DNA from: an uncultured Planctomycetia bacterium
GTDB lineage: Bacteria; Omnitrophota; Gorgyraeia; Duberdicusellales; Duberdicusellaceae
Direction of reading: 5' to 3'
Length of the DNA: 64,000 bases
Assembly: GCA_964634935.1 (NCBI GenBank)
Contig: CAZWJT010000007.1
Span: 13,808-77,807 of the forward strand
The first letter of the stretch is position 1. Each line of letters begins with the position of its first letter. Below, one piece after another: positions 18,175 to 28,610 of this stretch. The notes beneath the pieces are model-generated. The model had not been told where the DNA came from. It ran no database searches and was given only the letters and a program-made list of their open reading frames with translations. The translations under genes and the position numbers were made by a program.

Positions 18175-20640
18175 GTGATTATGGAATATCAGCATAAAGA
18201 AATAGATAGTAAATGGCAGAAGTATTGGGAAGAGCATGGAGTTTTTACGGTTGATGTAAAGAATTCTTCCAAGTCAAAATACTACTGTTTAGTGATGTTT
18301 CCATATCCTTCTTCGGAGCTTCACGTCGGACATGCCCGTAATTACATTATCGGAGATGCGGTAAGCAGGTATAAGATTATGCAGGGCTTTTCTGTTTTAT
18401 CGCCGATGGGCTGGGATGCTTTTGGGCTGCCTGCAGAAAATCAAGCGATTAAAAAAGGGGTTCCGCCAAAGGAATGGACTTTGAGGAATATTAAACGTAT
18501 TACCCAGCAGCTGCGTTCTTGGGGAATCGGGTATGATTGGGCTCGGGAAGTGACTACTTGTTTTCCTGAATATTACAAATGGACGCAATGGATTTTCCTC
18601 AAGCTTTACGAAAAGGGGCTGGCGTACAAGAAAAAATCAGCAGTGAATTTCTGTAATTCGTGTCAAACTGTCCTTGCCAATGAGCAGGTTATCCAAGGGA
18701 AATGCGAACGCTGTTCAACCGAGGTTATTCAGAAAGATCTGGAGCAGTGGTTTTTAAAAATTACTGATTATGCTGAACGTTTACTCGATGATACAGCGTT
18801 GCTGGAAAACTGGCCTGAGCGCGTGACCACGATGCAACGTAACTGGATTGGACGATCAGAGGGCGTTGAAATCAATTTCTCTTTGCCTGCTCAATCCTTC
18901 AGTCTCAATTGTTTTACAACTAGAGTTGATACAATTTTTGGAGCGACATTTCTTGCGGTCTCCTGTCAACATCCTCAAGTGCAAGCATTGATTCAAAATT
19001 CTCCAGAGTGTTTCAAACTCCAGGAGTTTATTGAAAAAGTAAACAACCAGCCGCGGTCCGCCCGGTTGCTTGAGGATTTTGAAAAAGAAGGGATGTTTAC
19101 TGGCGTGTATGCAATAAATCCGATGACCAGAAAAGAAATTCCGGTATGGCTGGCAAACTATGTTTTGATGGAATATGGCACCGGGGCAATCATGTGTGTT
19201 CCCGCCCATGATCAGAGGGATTTTGAGTTTGCCCAGAAATACAACCTTCCGGTTATTCCAGTCATTGAACCGATTGAGAACCAGGAACAAAAAGATGGGG
19301 TGTATGAAGGGGAAGGGCGGTTGATTCACTCCTTATCCTACACGGGGTTAACTTCCAGTAAGGCAAAGGAGAAGATCGCTGAGCAGATGGAGCGGCAGGG
19401 TATTGGCAGGAAAACCGTACACTATAAGCTGCGCGACTGGTTAATTTCTCGTCAGCGATACTGGGGCGCTCCAATTCCTATCGTCCACTGTAACCAATGT
19501 GGTCTTGTTCCGGTAGCAGAAAAAGACCTTCCGGTTCTTCTTCCGGAAAATGTTGAGTTTCGGCCAACGGGCGAATCACCCCTTACCTATGTCAAAGCAT
19601 TTCTGGAAACTGTCTGTCCCAAATGCGGCGGTTCCGCCAAGCGCGAACCGGAAACTATGGATACATTCGTTGATTCAAGCTGGTATTATTTGCGCTATAT
19701 CTCTCCCCGGGCAACGGAGCATGCTTTTATCAGTGAAGACGTAAATCGTTGGCTGCCGGTTGACCAATACATCGGAGGAGTTGAACATGCGATATTGCAT
19801 TTGATGTACTCACGGTTCATCAACAAATTCCTTTACGATCTGAAGCTGATCAATTTCAAGGAGCCGTTCGCGCGGCTGTTCACCCAAGGAATGATCGTCA
19901 AGGACGGTTTTAAAATGTCTAAATCAAAAGGCAACGTCGTCGCTCCGGATTATATCATCGACCGATACGGCGTCGATACGATGAGGCTCTACATTCTTTT
20001 TATGGGTCCGCCGGAAAAAGATGCCGAATGGAACGATGAGGGGTTAAAGGGCGCTTGGCGTTTTTTAAATCGCGCCTTGCGACTTGTGACGATGGTCAAA
20101 AATTTTAAGCACACGACAATCGATTCTGAGGGATATACACTTTCCGAAAAAGAGCTTCTTTCCAAGCTCCATTCAACAATAAAGAAAGTTACCGATGATC
20201 TTGAGGGTAGTTTTCAATTTAATACTGCGATCAGTCGGGTGATGGAACTGGTCAATGAATTATACCGTTTTATTCAGGAACCTGAGGCAAAAATAAGAGG
20301 GGAGCTTTTTCTGCAAGGAATTCAAACCGTTTTTCTATTGCTTGCTCCATTTGTGCCTCATGTTGCTGAAGAAGCATGGAAAGAGCTGGGAGGGAGCGGG
20401 TCAATCTTTACCAGAATGTGGCCTCAGTATGATCCTGGTTTTATTTTGCAGTCCCATGTAGAAATTGCGGTAATCATAAACGGAAAAGTCAGAGGGCATT
20501 GCTTGATTGATACCGCCTGGGCGGAGTCGCAAATCCAGGCTTGTGTTCTTTCAGACGATAAAATTCAGTCATTGTTAGCCGGAAAAACACCCAAAAGAAT
20601 TATCTACGTAAAAGAAAAGCTGGTTAATATCGTTTGTTAG
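18175..20640 (+). CDS. leuS: Leucine--tRNA ligase
   Basis: HVGH (HIGH) motif, KMSKS motif, editing (CP1) domain; 821 aa. Confidence 0.9.
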   Translation: MIMEYQHKEIDSKWQKYWEEHGVFTVDVKNSSKSKYYCLVMFPYPSSELHVGHARNYIIGDAVSRYKIMQGFSVLSPMGWDAFGLPAENQAIKKGVPPKEWTLRNIKRITQQLRSWGIGYDWAREVTTCFPEYYKWTQWIFLKLYEKGLAYKKKSAVNFCNSCQTVLANEQVIQGKCERCSTEVIQKDLEQWFLKITDYAERLLDDTALLENWPERVTTMQRNWIGRSEGVEINFSLPAQSFSLNCFTTRVDTIFGATFLAVSCQHPQVQALIQNSPECFKLQEFIEKVNNQPRSARLLEDFEKEGMFTGVYAINPMTRKEIPVWLANYVLMEYGTGAIMCVPAHDQRDFEFAQKYNLPVIPVIEPIENQEQKDGVYEGEGRLIHSLSYTGLTSSKAKEKIAEQMERQGIGRKTVHYKLRDWLISRQRYWGAPIPIVHCNQCGLVPVAEKDLPVLLPENVEFRPTGESPLTYVKAFLETVCPKCGGSAKREPETMDTFVDSSWYYLRYISPRATEHAFISEDVNRWLPVDQYIGGVEHAILHLMYSRFINKFLYDLKLINFKEPFARLFTQGMIVKDGFKMSKSKGNVVAPDYIIDRYGVDTMRLYILFMGPPEKDAEWNDEGLKGAWRFLNRALRLVTMVKNFKHTTIDSEGYTLSEKELLSKLHSTIKKVTDDLEGSFQFNTAISRVMELVNELYRFIQEPEAKIRGELFLQGIQTVFLLLAPFVPHVAEEAWKELGGSGSIFTRMWPQYDPGFILQSHVEIAVIINGKVRGHCLIDTAWAESQIQACVLSDDKIQSLLAGKTPKRIIYVKEKLVNIVC

Positions 20641-20673
20641 TTTTTCTAAAAACCTTTTCTGAAAAACGAAGCC

Positions 20674-21006
20674 GTGATTTATTTTACCCGGCAGGAACAG
20701 AAAGCGATCCTTTGTATCGCTGCATTCTTTCTTATTGGCATTGCGGTCCACGTTGTTTGTAAATTAAATCCTTCTTTTATCCAGCCGACCGAGCACTATC
20801 CTGAAACAAAGAAGGCGTCTTGCAATCTGAACACTGCGACCATTGCCGAATTAATAGAGGTTCCGGGAATTGGCCCGCAGACAGCAGAAAAGATTATGAA
20901 ACGCCGGTCGGTGAAAAAATTCCAGAGTATTGATGAGCTTAAAGAAATAGACGGCATTAAGGAAAAGAAATTCTTGCGGCTTAAGGAATATCTCGATGCG
21001 CCGTGA
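20674..21006 (+). CDS. comEA: ComEA-family helix-hairpin-helix DNA-binding competence protein
   Basis: N-terminal TM helix; LNTATIAELIEVPGIGPQTAEKI HhH motif. Confidence 0.7.
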   Translation: MIYFTRQEQKAILCIAAFFLIGIAVHVVCKLNPSFIQPTEHYPETKKASCNLNTATIAELIEVPGIGPQTAEKIMKRRSVKKFQSIDELKEIDGIKEKKFLRLKEYLDAP

Positions 21007-22454
21007 GGTATCCATTAGTTCTTCTATTCAGCGCTTTTTCTTTCGGATTATGGCTTGGAAAAATTATTCTGGTTCCTTGGTTCATTCTTGCATCTGGAAC
21101 AGCAATATTTTTTCTTATTGTATTGTTTATTTTTTTGCGGGCTCTTCCCCTGATTCATGTTGGACTTGTTGTCCTTTTCACGTTCATTGGTTTTTTGCAC
21201 ATGCGCGTGGATGAGCTTGGCAAGTTAGAAGGTAAAAAAGAGATCCTCGGAGTTGAACGACAGTTTTTCTTCCGGATAACCAGTCTTCCGCGAGAGAATG
21301 AGCTGTTCACAGTGTATCGTGCTGTCCTCACGGGAGTCATGCAAGGGAAGCGTCGGTTATTCCTTTCGCAGGCTGTTCAGGTACGCGATTATACCAAGGG
21401 GCCGAAGGAGTATTTCGCCGAATATCGCTGTCAGGGATTAGCGCGGGAAGTTTTTTATGATACCGCGAAAGGAATATTTGTTCTTTGGATTCAAAAAGAT
21501 CATTTCCCTCAAAAAATAAAAGATCCTCCTTGGTGGCGCGCTGGTCCGTTCTTTGTGTCTCAGACCCTCCGGAATTTCTTCATCCGCCATCTAACGCCAG
21601 AAGCTGCCGCTTTTTCATCCCTTTTCCTTTTAGGCACAGAGGAAAGTGGAAATATTTCTATTAAAAGTATTTTTATCGAAGCAGGGACTATTCATATTCT
21701 TGCTGTTTCCGGTCTGCATGTCGGCATGGTCTATCTTATTACCTCTGTTCTATTAAAAGCGCTTGGGATTCGAAAAAGATGGAAGTACTGTATTTCCGCT
21801 CTGGTTATTGTTGGATATGCTTTTCTCTGCGGTTTGCACCCTCCGGTTGCGCGGTCCGCGTGCATGTTTCTTCTTTTCACTTTAAGTAAGTTTTTTCAAA
21901 GAAAAAGCAACGCTTTATGCGCTTTAGTTCTTTCTGGTTTTATTTTATTATGCCTGAATCCTCAAGACGCTTTTGCCGTCAGCTTTCAGCTTTCTTTTCT
22001 CGGGGCCTTGAGTCTCATTCTTGGTTTTCAGTATTTTTATTTTCGCCGGCTGCTTTCTTCTCCCTGGGAATCGCTTCGTAAGCTATTCTTCGGATCTCTC
22101 TATGCAGAAATAATGCTGGCGCCACTCCTTGGCTATTATTTCAGCACGATTTATCCTCTTGCGCTTTTTTCTAATATTCTTGTTGTTCCCGTATCGTTTC
22201 TGATCCTGGTTTTCATATTTATTTTTATAGGATTTGGGTATTTTTATCCATTTTCTTTCCTGGGAGAAGGACTTTCCTGGTCTATCAATATGTTTATTTT
22301 TCTCAATTCGCTCTGCGCGCACGGTAAGGTTGCGCGTATTTCTTTCCAGTGGAACATCTGGGGTGTTATCCTGTGGTTTTTCTTTTTGGGTTTTTTCCTA
22401 TGGGTGCGCGCCCGGGCTGAGAATAACCGCATTGATTTCGACAGGGCACAATAA
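21003..22454 (+). CDS. comEC: ComEC/Rec2-family DNA internalisation channel protein
   Basis: Polytopic membrane protein with the ComEC signature IHILAVSGLHVGMV; overlaps the comEA stop. Confidence 0.75.
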   Translation: MRYPLVLLFSAFSFGLWLGKIILVPWFILASGTAIFFLIVLFIFLRALPLIHVGLVVLFTFIGFLHMRVDELGKLEGKKEILGVERQFFFRITSLPRENELFTVYRAVLTGVMQGKRRLFLSQAVQVRDYTKGPKEYFAEYRCQGLAREVFYDTAKGIFVLWIQKDHFPQKIKDPPWWRAGPFFVSQTLRNFFIRHLTPEAAAFSSLFLLGTEESGNISIKSIFIEAGTIHILAVSGLHVGMVYLITSVLLKALGIRKRWKYCISALVIVGYAFLCGLHPPVARSACMFLLFTLSKFFQRKSNALCALVLSGFILLCLNPQDAFAVSFQLSFLGALSLILGFQYFYFRRLLSSPWESLRKLFFGSLYAEIMLAPLLGYYFSTIYPLALFSNILVVPVSFLILVFIFIFIGFGYFYPFSFLGEGLSWSINMFIFLNSLCAHGKVARISFQWNIWGVILWFFFLGFFLWVRARAENNRIDFDRAQ

Positions 22455-22514
22455 CTTTTCCTCGATTTTATTCCTAATCATGGTACAATTCTGTCCTAGA
22501 GATCAGGAAAGACC

Positions 22515-23132
22515 ATGGCGTTGGACAAAAAAATAATTCTCGATACCAATATTTTTATCAACCCGGCTTCGTTCTGTTTTTTTGGGCGAAATGCTGAAGA
22601 GGCATTTTCTAATTTTTTACAGCAGGCGATGCAAAATCGTACCATCAGTCTCTATATGCCAGTTTCAGTATTTGACGAACTTTCAAAGTTTATTAATATC
22701 AATTCGATAGATCCCGGGCTCGTTCGCTCGATACTCCGGAAATCTCCAAAGCGCTATGAACTTCCAGTCCCAGGGTTATTTCTCTATGAGCTTGTTGAAG
22801 AAATGCGTTATCGTACGAACAAGGGTTTGCGAATCGTTGAAAAATACATTTATAAAGCGCAGCATCAGCCGGATCTTACCCCGCTTGTTGCTTCATCCCG
22901 GCAGGAATATCGGGTTGCTCTCCGTGAGGGCATTATTGACAGTCGCGAGGATATCGATCTTTTGCTCCTGGCCCGAGAACTCAAAGCTTTTTTGGCGACG
23001 GCGGATAATGGTCTTGCGAAGTGGGCGGATAAACTAGGGATTTCCTTGCTTTGTACGGAAGATTTAAAGATTTTCTTAGGGAACCAGCGTGTTTCTCGGA
23101 AGAAAGCCGCGAAAAAGACCAAGCCTGCCTGA
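22515..23132 (+). CDS. PIN-domain protein with basic C-terminal tail
   Basis: ILDTNIF (first Asp), DELSKF, and …DIDLLLLARELKAFLATADNG… acidic PIN residues; K-rich C-terminus. Confidence 0.5.
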   Translation: MALDKKIILDTNIFINPASFCFFGRNAEEAFSNFLQQAMQNRTISLYMPVSVFDELSKFININSIDPGLVRSILRKSPKRYELPVPGLFLYELVEEMRYRTNKGLRIVEKYIYKAQHQPDLTPLVASSRQEYRVALREGIIDSREDIDLLLLARELKAFLATADNGLAKWADKLGISLLCTEDLKIFLGNQRVSRKKAAKKTKPA

Positions 23133-23134
23133 AT

Positions 23135-24097
23135 TTATCGTAGTGATTCCTGCGGTCCCGTGAAGGATCCAAGAATACATTCCATAATATCTGTGAGAAA
23201 GAGTACCCCGACAGATTTGTTGCCTTTTTTGACTAAGGCGATGCTTTCTTTTTTTCTGCGGAGCAGTTCAAAAATATCCGCTAATTTTTGGCTTGATCCT
23301 ACCACGGTTATCTTCCGCGTGTGTTCTTGCCAGGTGGTGGTTTCAGCATCGTAACAGAGGTCGAAAATGTTAATGTAGCCGGTGATACACGTGTCGTGAT
23401 AGACTGGGTATCTGGTAAATCCCGAGAAACGAGCCTGTTCCAAGATATGCTCTTTTGCATCTAATGAATCAAGACAGACGACATTCTGGAGCGGCAGCAT
23501 CACCTCGCGCGCTCTCCGATCCGAGAATTCCAGAATGTCAGCAATCGCTTCTTTTTGTGCCCGATTGATTGCGCCGTCGCCGTGCAGAGTATCGATCATG
23601 ATTTTAATGTCTTCTTTGTTCCATGAAATCGGTTTGCGCTTGAAGAAAATCTTGGTGAGGATCGATGAAAAGAAATCAACGAGTGCGGTGAGCGGATGGA
23701 AAAGTTTTTCACAGAACGAAAAAATAGGTAGGGCATAGATGATAAATTTTTCCCGGAAAAACCATCCAATGCTTTTTGGCAGCATCTGAGCAAAAATAAT
23801 CGTAACTGGAGGAAAGAATATCCCGATCCAGAATGATGGACGGGCAATGTTCAGATGAATGAACGAAAGCGTCATAAGCCCTGTACTGATAATCAAGGCG
23901 ATATTCGAGCTGATGAGCATTGTTGAGAGTATGTGCTCGGGCTTTGTGCGGAAGTCCTTAAAATATTTCTGAAAGAGCTTATTCTTCTCGCGCCTTGCGG
24001 TTAACGGGTTGGTGCAAATGAATGCCGTTTCTGTTCCTTCGAAAATTCCGGCAAGGATCAGAAAAAAAATACTGAGAAGGAAATAGAGGTTATTCAT
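23135..24097 (-). CDS. CNNM/DUF21 membrane protein with CBS pair (CorC/TlyC-like, shorter paralog)
   Basis: N-terminal DUF21-like TM region (…GTETAF…) followed by a CBS-pair region; 320 aa. Confidence 0.65.
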   Translation of the reverse strand: MNNLYFLLSIFFLILAGIFEGTETAFICTNPLTARREKNKLFQKYFKDFRTKPEHILSTMLISSNIALIISTGLMTLSFIHLNIARPSFWIGIFFPPVTIIFAQMLPKSIGWFFREKFIIYALPIFSFCEKLFHPLTALVDFFSSILTKIFFKRKPISWNKEDIKIMIDTLHGDGAINRAQKEAIADILEFSDRRAREVMLPLQNVVCLDSLDAKEHILEQARFSGFTRYPVYHDTCITGYINIFDLCYDAETTTWQEHTRKITVVGSSQKLADIFELLRRKKESIALVKKGNKSVGVLFLTDIMECILGSFTGPQESLR

Positions 24098-25319
24098 TTT
24101 TTAGTATTCGCAGAATTACGGTTATGATTCTTCGGTTGGTAAACTTTCCCACGCTGAGCTCTAAATTCTTGTACACTGCAGTTTCGTTCGTTTTGGGAAA
24201 ATGATCGAGCAATGTCAGTAAGAATCCGGCAATGGTATCGGTTTCTTCCGGTATGGTTGTTCCTAGCTGATAGTTTATGTCGGCGATCAGGGTAGTGCCG
24301 AGGACTTGGTATTCTTTCTCGTTGATCAACTTTATCGATTCTTGAGTCTGTTCGAACTCATCGTATATTTCACCAAATATTTCTTCCTGAGCGTCTTCCA
24401 GGGTAACCATGCCTGCTGTTCCGCCGTATTCGTCGATTACGATAGCAATTTTTTCTTTCTTTTGATAAAATTCCGAAAAAAGCGTTATCAGTTTTTTATT
24501 TTCTGGAACAAAGAGCGGCGATTTTAGCAATTCACGCACAGGTTTTTTTTCGAGAAAGAAATCTTTTGTCTGTAACGTACCAACGATGTTGTCCACCGTG
24601 TTTTCATAAACGGGAACACACGTGTGTTTTACTTCGCAGAGAAATCTTTTTATCTCTTCAGGAGATTTTGTTATTTCGAGCGCTTTCATGTCAATGCGGG
24701 GTGTCATGATTTCTTTTACCTGAGTGGTGCGGAATTCCAGGGTTGAGTAAATCATATCTTTTTCTTCTTGCTCAAGCACTCCATCGGTTTTACCGGTTTC
24801 CAAGACAACCTTCAATTCTTCTTCAGTAAGGATATCATCGCGCAGAGGCTGACGCCGGAAAAAGAAACGAAACAGCGTATCTGAGATGAATATGATTCCT
24901 TTGGCCAGAGGAGAAGCTACACGCATTAAGATATAAATCGGATAAACAAGTACAAGCGATAATTTTTCCGCAGTATAGAGGGCGTATGTTTTTGGCAGTA
25001 TTTCTCCCGGGATAAGTAAAAGTATGCTGGTGCTTATAACGGCAACAGTCAGTCCGATGTCTCCCCAGATTTCAAAGGCGAGGTATGTCATCAGAGATGA
25101 AAAGATAACATTGGCAAACATATTCCCGATCAGGATTGTAGAAAGCAGGTGATTCGGAGTTTTCTTCAGCGTTTCAACCAGGCGTGCGCTTCGATGCCGT
25201 TTTTTAAGCTTTTCAATCTTTAATTTTGTTAAAGAGAATAAGGCAGTTTCACTTGCCGAGAAAAATGCCGAAAAGAGAAGGAGGAGTCCCAAGATCAGGA
25301 CTGAGGGGAGCGTAATCAT
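24090..25319 (-). CDS. Hemolysin/CorC-family protein (DUF21-CBS-CorC_HlyC)
   Basis: …FFSASETALFSL… DUF21 motif, CBS pair, C-terminal transporter-associated domain; 409 aa. Confidence 0.75.
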   Translation of the reverse strand: MITLPSVLILGLLLLFSAFFSASETALFSLTKLKIEKLKKRHRSARLVETLKKTPNHLLSTILIGNMFANVIFSSLMTYLAFEIWGDIGLTVAVISTSILLLIPGEILPKTYALYTAEKLSLVLVYPIYILMRVASPLAKGIIFISDTLFRFFFRRQPLRDDILTEEELKVVLETGKTDGVLEQEEKDMIYSTLEFRTTQVKEIMTPRIDMKALEITKSPEEIKRFLCEVKHTCVPVYENTVDNIVGTLQTKDFFLEKKPVRELLKSPLFVPENKKLITLFSEFYQKKEKIAIVIDEYGGTAGMVTLEDAQEEIFGEIYDEFEQTQESIKLINEKEYQVLGTTLIADINYQLGTTIPEETDTIAGFLLTLLDHFPKTNETAVYKNLELSVGKFTNRRIITVILRILKNE

Positions 25320-26068
25320 TCTGGTGTATGCTGCCTTTTGTCTTTGAGAATCATCGTGTAGCCGAACACCCCTGGATTTTCGATTCTGAGAGGTGTTCTT
25401 TCTTTATCGGTGCTCAACCAGAGGATAAATTTATCAGCCGGAATGCTCTGAAAAACAAGAACATCTCGCATCTCTTTGGCAAATTTTACTTTTTTTATCC
25501 CCAAAAATTCGATCGTTAACGACAAAAGGGGAAAATCGACAACAAATTGTTCGGTTGGCTGAAGGTTTTTTCGTGTCCGGTAGTGATAGCTTAAGAGAAT
25601 TCCATTCGAGAGCGGTTTTTGCTTTTCGATAACTGTAGTTTGAGATTTTTTCCCGGTTGTTTTTGTGATGGAAACTTTTCCTTCTTTCTGAGAGTATGTT
25701 TCCTCGATTGTCATCGGTTTTGCGCCGAATTTTCTTATGGTCCGCTTGATTACTTTCGGTAAAAACGTTTCTTTCTCGGCGTAAATCTCTTCAAGATCCT
25801 TAAATCCCGGGGTTTCAGTCTTGAAGGTTACGTAAAAAAAATCTTGGTCCGCCAGAGTTTTTATTCCATGGAATGCAAGCGTGGAAGTTCCGATTTTTAA
25901 CCCTTTGTAGAAAATCCCATAGGTTAAAGTTTCGCCGGCTTGGAAAGGGATGCTGGTTGAAGTTTTTTCTACCAAGGGCACTTGTGGCATATCAGTAGAG
26001 GAGGCATGCGGAATTTGTAAAGTCAGAAGAAGAGCAACCATTACAAGTATCTGCGTTATTTCTTTCAT
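25316..26068 (-). CDS. Secreted hypothetical protein (possibly DUF3108-like)
   Basis: Signal peptide, 250 aa, beta-rich; divergently oriented from the EPS locus. Confidence 0.35.
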   Translation of the reverse strand: MKEITQILVMVALLLTLQIPHASSTDMPQVPLVEKTSTSIPFQAGETLTYGIFYKGLKIGTSTLAFHGIKTLADQDFFYVTFKTETPGFKDLEEIYAEKETFLPKVIKRTIRKFGAKPMTIEETYSQKEGKVSITKTTGKKSQTTVIEKQKPLSNGILLSYHYRTRKNLQPTEQFVVDFPLLSLTIEFLGIKKVKFAKEMRDVLVFQSIPADKFILWLSTDKERTPLRIENPGVFGYTMILKDKRQHTPE

Positions 26069-26220
26069 ATTTTATTTTCTTGCTCCGTGCGTTGTATATT
26101 GTAACGGGAACTGATATAATAGTCAAACAATAAAGCAATTTCGCGATTGCGGTAGCTTGTCACGCAGTAGCGAGGAAATATATTGCATTCTTATCCTTGG
26201 AGGATACAATAAATTATACT

Positions 26221-27807
26221 ATGAGCCAGATACCTCCTTCAATAACGATTACCGTTCATGATTTTCTTGACCTTGCCTTTCGGCGCAAATGGTTTTTTAT
26301 TATACCCTTTGTGCTTATCGCTTCACTCTCATTCATTGCTGCCTACACAAAACCAGCAGTTTACAAAAGTGTCGCGTTGATTGTCGTCGAAGAGGAACTT
26401 GTGCGTAATCCGTTTGTTTCAGGTCTTGCAATTCCGACTTCCGTCCAGCAGAAGTTGAATACCTTAATGCAGAAAATACTCAGCCAATCCCACTTAGAGA
26501 AGGTTGTTAATGAATTATATCTGGAGAAGCGGATGCCGAAGATGCCGGAAAAAGAAATGATTATCAACCTGATCAAGTCGAACATTAACACGACATTTCG
26601 TTCTGGTTCAGTAATTGAGATGGGTTTTGAAGGTCCCGATCCTTTGGTGTGCAAAGAGATTTTAGAAACCTTGGTCGATACTTTAGTGAAAGAGAGCTTA
26701 AAGGTTGAAGATACGCAAACACAGCGGGGCATTGAGTTTTTGAACGGTCAAATTGAATTTTACCGCAAGAAGCTGGAAGACTCGGAACGGGCGCTTTCCG
26801 AATACAAGAAGAATAATATGAAAGATCTGTCAGTCCAGACGACTGAGGCTATTCGCGGGACAATCGGTTTTCCGTCCGGGGTAAACATCAATGTGTCCCG
26901 GGTAATGGGTTTTGAAATGCAGCTGATTGATATACGTCTTGAACTTGATCAGCTTTTGAAAGAAAAGGAGGGGCTCGAAGCTCAGCTTACCAAGGAACAG
27001 AAGGTGGTTGTGTCACAGACCGTGCGCAGCGCTGATCCAGTTACCCGGGAATTAAGCAACCAACTTGTTGAGCTGCAGGTTAAGATGAATAATTTATTAG
27101 TTGACAGTTCTTCTGATCATCCAGAAGTTTTGCGCCTGCAAAAGAAAATAGACAATATTACTGAAATGCTCCAGAAGCGTTCAAATGACCGAGTAGAAGA
27201 AGAAACCTATTCCTTGAATCCAGTGCGCATTGAACTGCAGAAACGTTATAACGACATCAATGTGAAGATTGATTCATTGAGGACCAAAGAGAAGACCCTT
27301 TCAATACTTACCTCGAAATTTAACGAAAAAATAGAGCGACTTCCCGATCAAGAACGAGAGTTTGCAAAATTGAACCGCGACTATGGCATTAACGCCTCTA
27401 TGTATTCAATGTTACGCGATAAACTTGAAACTGCCCAGATTACGAAGCGCCTGGAAACAAACGAAGAAGGGGCGCGGTTTAAGCTGATTGATCCACCGAA
27501 TCTACCTACAAAACCAATCAAGCCGAAACGGATGAGAATTTTAGTCCTGGGGATTGCGGTTGGTCTGATGATTGGCGTTGGATGTGTTGTCGGAGTCCAA
27601 TACATGGATAAGTCATTTAAGACGGAGAAGGGATTGGGGGCAATTATTGGAGTTCCAGTATTGTCCTCGATCCCCAAGATGCTCCTTGAGCAGGAAGACC
27701 AGATCCGCAAAGCCAAACAGAAGTTTACCATAATTCTTCTTGGATGTTGTGTTTTATTGAGTGTTATTTTAGTTCTGGTTAAGTACGCTGTGAAACTAAA
27801 GATCTAA
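26221..27807 (+). CDS. Polysaccharide chain-length determinant protein (Wzz/GumC/EpsF-like)
   Basis: N-terminal TM, long coiled-coil periplasmic region, C-terminal TM: Wzz architecture. ATG 26221 preferred over TTG 26197. Confidence 0.7.
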   Translation: MSQIPPSITITVHDFLDLAFRRKWFFIIPFVLIASLSFIAAYTKPAVYKSVALIVVEEELVRNPFVSGLAIPTSVQQKLNTLMQKILSQSHLEKVVNELYLEKRMPKMPEKEMIINLIKSNINTTFRSGSVIEMGFEGPDPLVCKEILETLVDTLVKESLKVEDTQTQRGIEFLNGQIEFYRKKLEDSERALSEYKKNNMKDLSVQTTEAIRGTIGFPSGVNINVSRVMGFEMQLIDIRLELDQLLKEKEGLEAQLTKEQKVVVSQTVRSADPVTRELSNQLVELQVKMNNLLVDSSSDHPEVLRLQKKIDNITEMLQKRSNDRVEEETYSLNPVRIELQKRYNDINVKIDSLRTKEKTLSILTSKFNEKIERLPDQEREFAKLNRDYGINASMYSMLRDKLETAQITKRLETNEEGARFKLIDPPNLPTKPIKPKRMRILVLGIAVGLMIGVGCVVGVQYMDKSFKTEKGLGAIIGVPVLSSIPKMLLEQEDQIRKAKQKFTIILLGCCVLLSVILVLVKYAVKLKI

Positions 27808-27809
27808 GT

Positions 27810-28610
27810 ATGAAAAAATGGTTTGAAAAGTTTATTAACTTTCTCCATAAAAAGAGAGAAGAGGCCCGTTATCGCTATGATAGTCTTTATATCGCTCGGG
27901 CGAATGACGCATCCGAGGAAGTTGGCATTGATCCGCGAGTGGTGTGTCTTTCCGATCCGCATTCCCATGTTGCTGAGCAATACAGGCTTTTGCGGACGAA
28001 CATACAATCCCGTTTTACTGAGCGTCCCCTGCGCACTCTGCTTATTACGAGCGCTTTGCGCGGGGAAGGAAAAACTATTACCAGCGCTAATCTCGCCGCT
28101 TTGTTCGCCCGTCACCATGACGGGAAAAGAGTTTTGCTTGTAGATTGCGATATTCGTCGGCCGGCCGTACACGCGCTCTTTCGGATTGAACACTATCCCG
28201 GGCTCAGCGAGGTTATCAGGGGAGAAATTGATTTCCAAAAAGTAATCAAAGAAAAGATCAAGAATCGGCTCTTTATTCTTCCTGCCGGAAAATACTTAGA
28301 GAATCCCGCGGAGCTTTTTGAATCAAATAAATTTCTTGATGTACTGCGAATGTTGAAGGATCATTTCGACTTAATCATTCTCGACGCCCCGCCGATCATT
28401 CCCGTTACTGACGCAGGGATTCTTTCTCCGTTCACCGATGCAACTCTTTTGGTTGTAAAGGCCATGGTTACGCAGACTCCCGACATTATCAAGGCCAGGG
28501 ACCTGCTTATTGAAGCAAAAGGGAAACTTACCGGCATCGTGCTTGTCAGTGTTGAAAATTACGTTCCGTACTACCTGCAGAGATATTCGTATATGTATAA
28601 ATATGTCTGA
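27810..28610 (+). CDS. BY-family protein tyrosine kinase / ParA-MinD-like ATPase (EpsG/CapB-like)
   Basis: Walker A LLITSALRGEGKTITSANLA, Walker A' VLLVDCDIRRP, Walker B LIILDAPP, C-terminal Tyr-rich YYLQRYSYMYKY. Confidence 0.75.
   Translation: MKKWFEKFINFLHKKREEARYRYDSLYIARANDASEEVGIDPRVVCLSDPHSHVAEQYRLLRTNIQSRFTERPLRTLLITSALRGEGKTITSANLAALFARHHDGKRVLLVDCDIRRPAVHALFRIEHYPGLSEVIRGEIDFQKVIKEKIKNRLFILPAGKYLENPAELFESNKFLDVLRMLKDHFDLIILDAPPIIPVTDAGILSPFTDATLLVVKAMVTQTPDIIKARDLLIEAKGKLTGIVLVSVENYVPYYLQRYSYMYKYV

Noticed and set aside
28510-28602. Upstream extension of the O-antigen-ligase-like gene from 28510
   Set aside because: It overlaps the tyrosine-kinase gene; the ATG at 28603 overlapping the kinase stop fits operon coupling.
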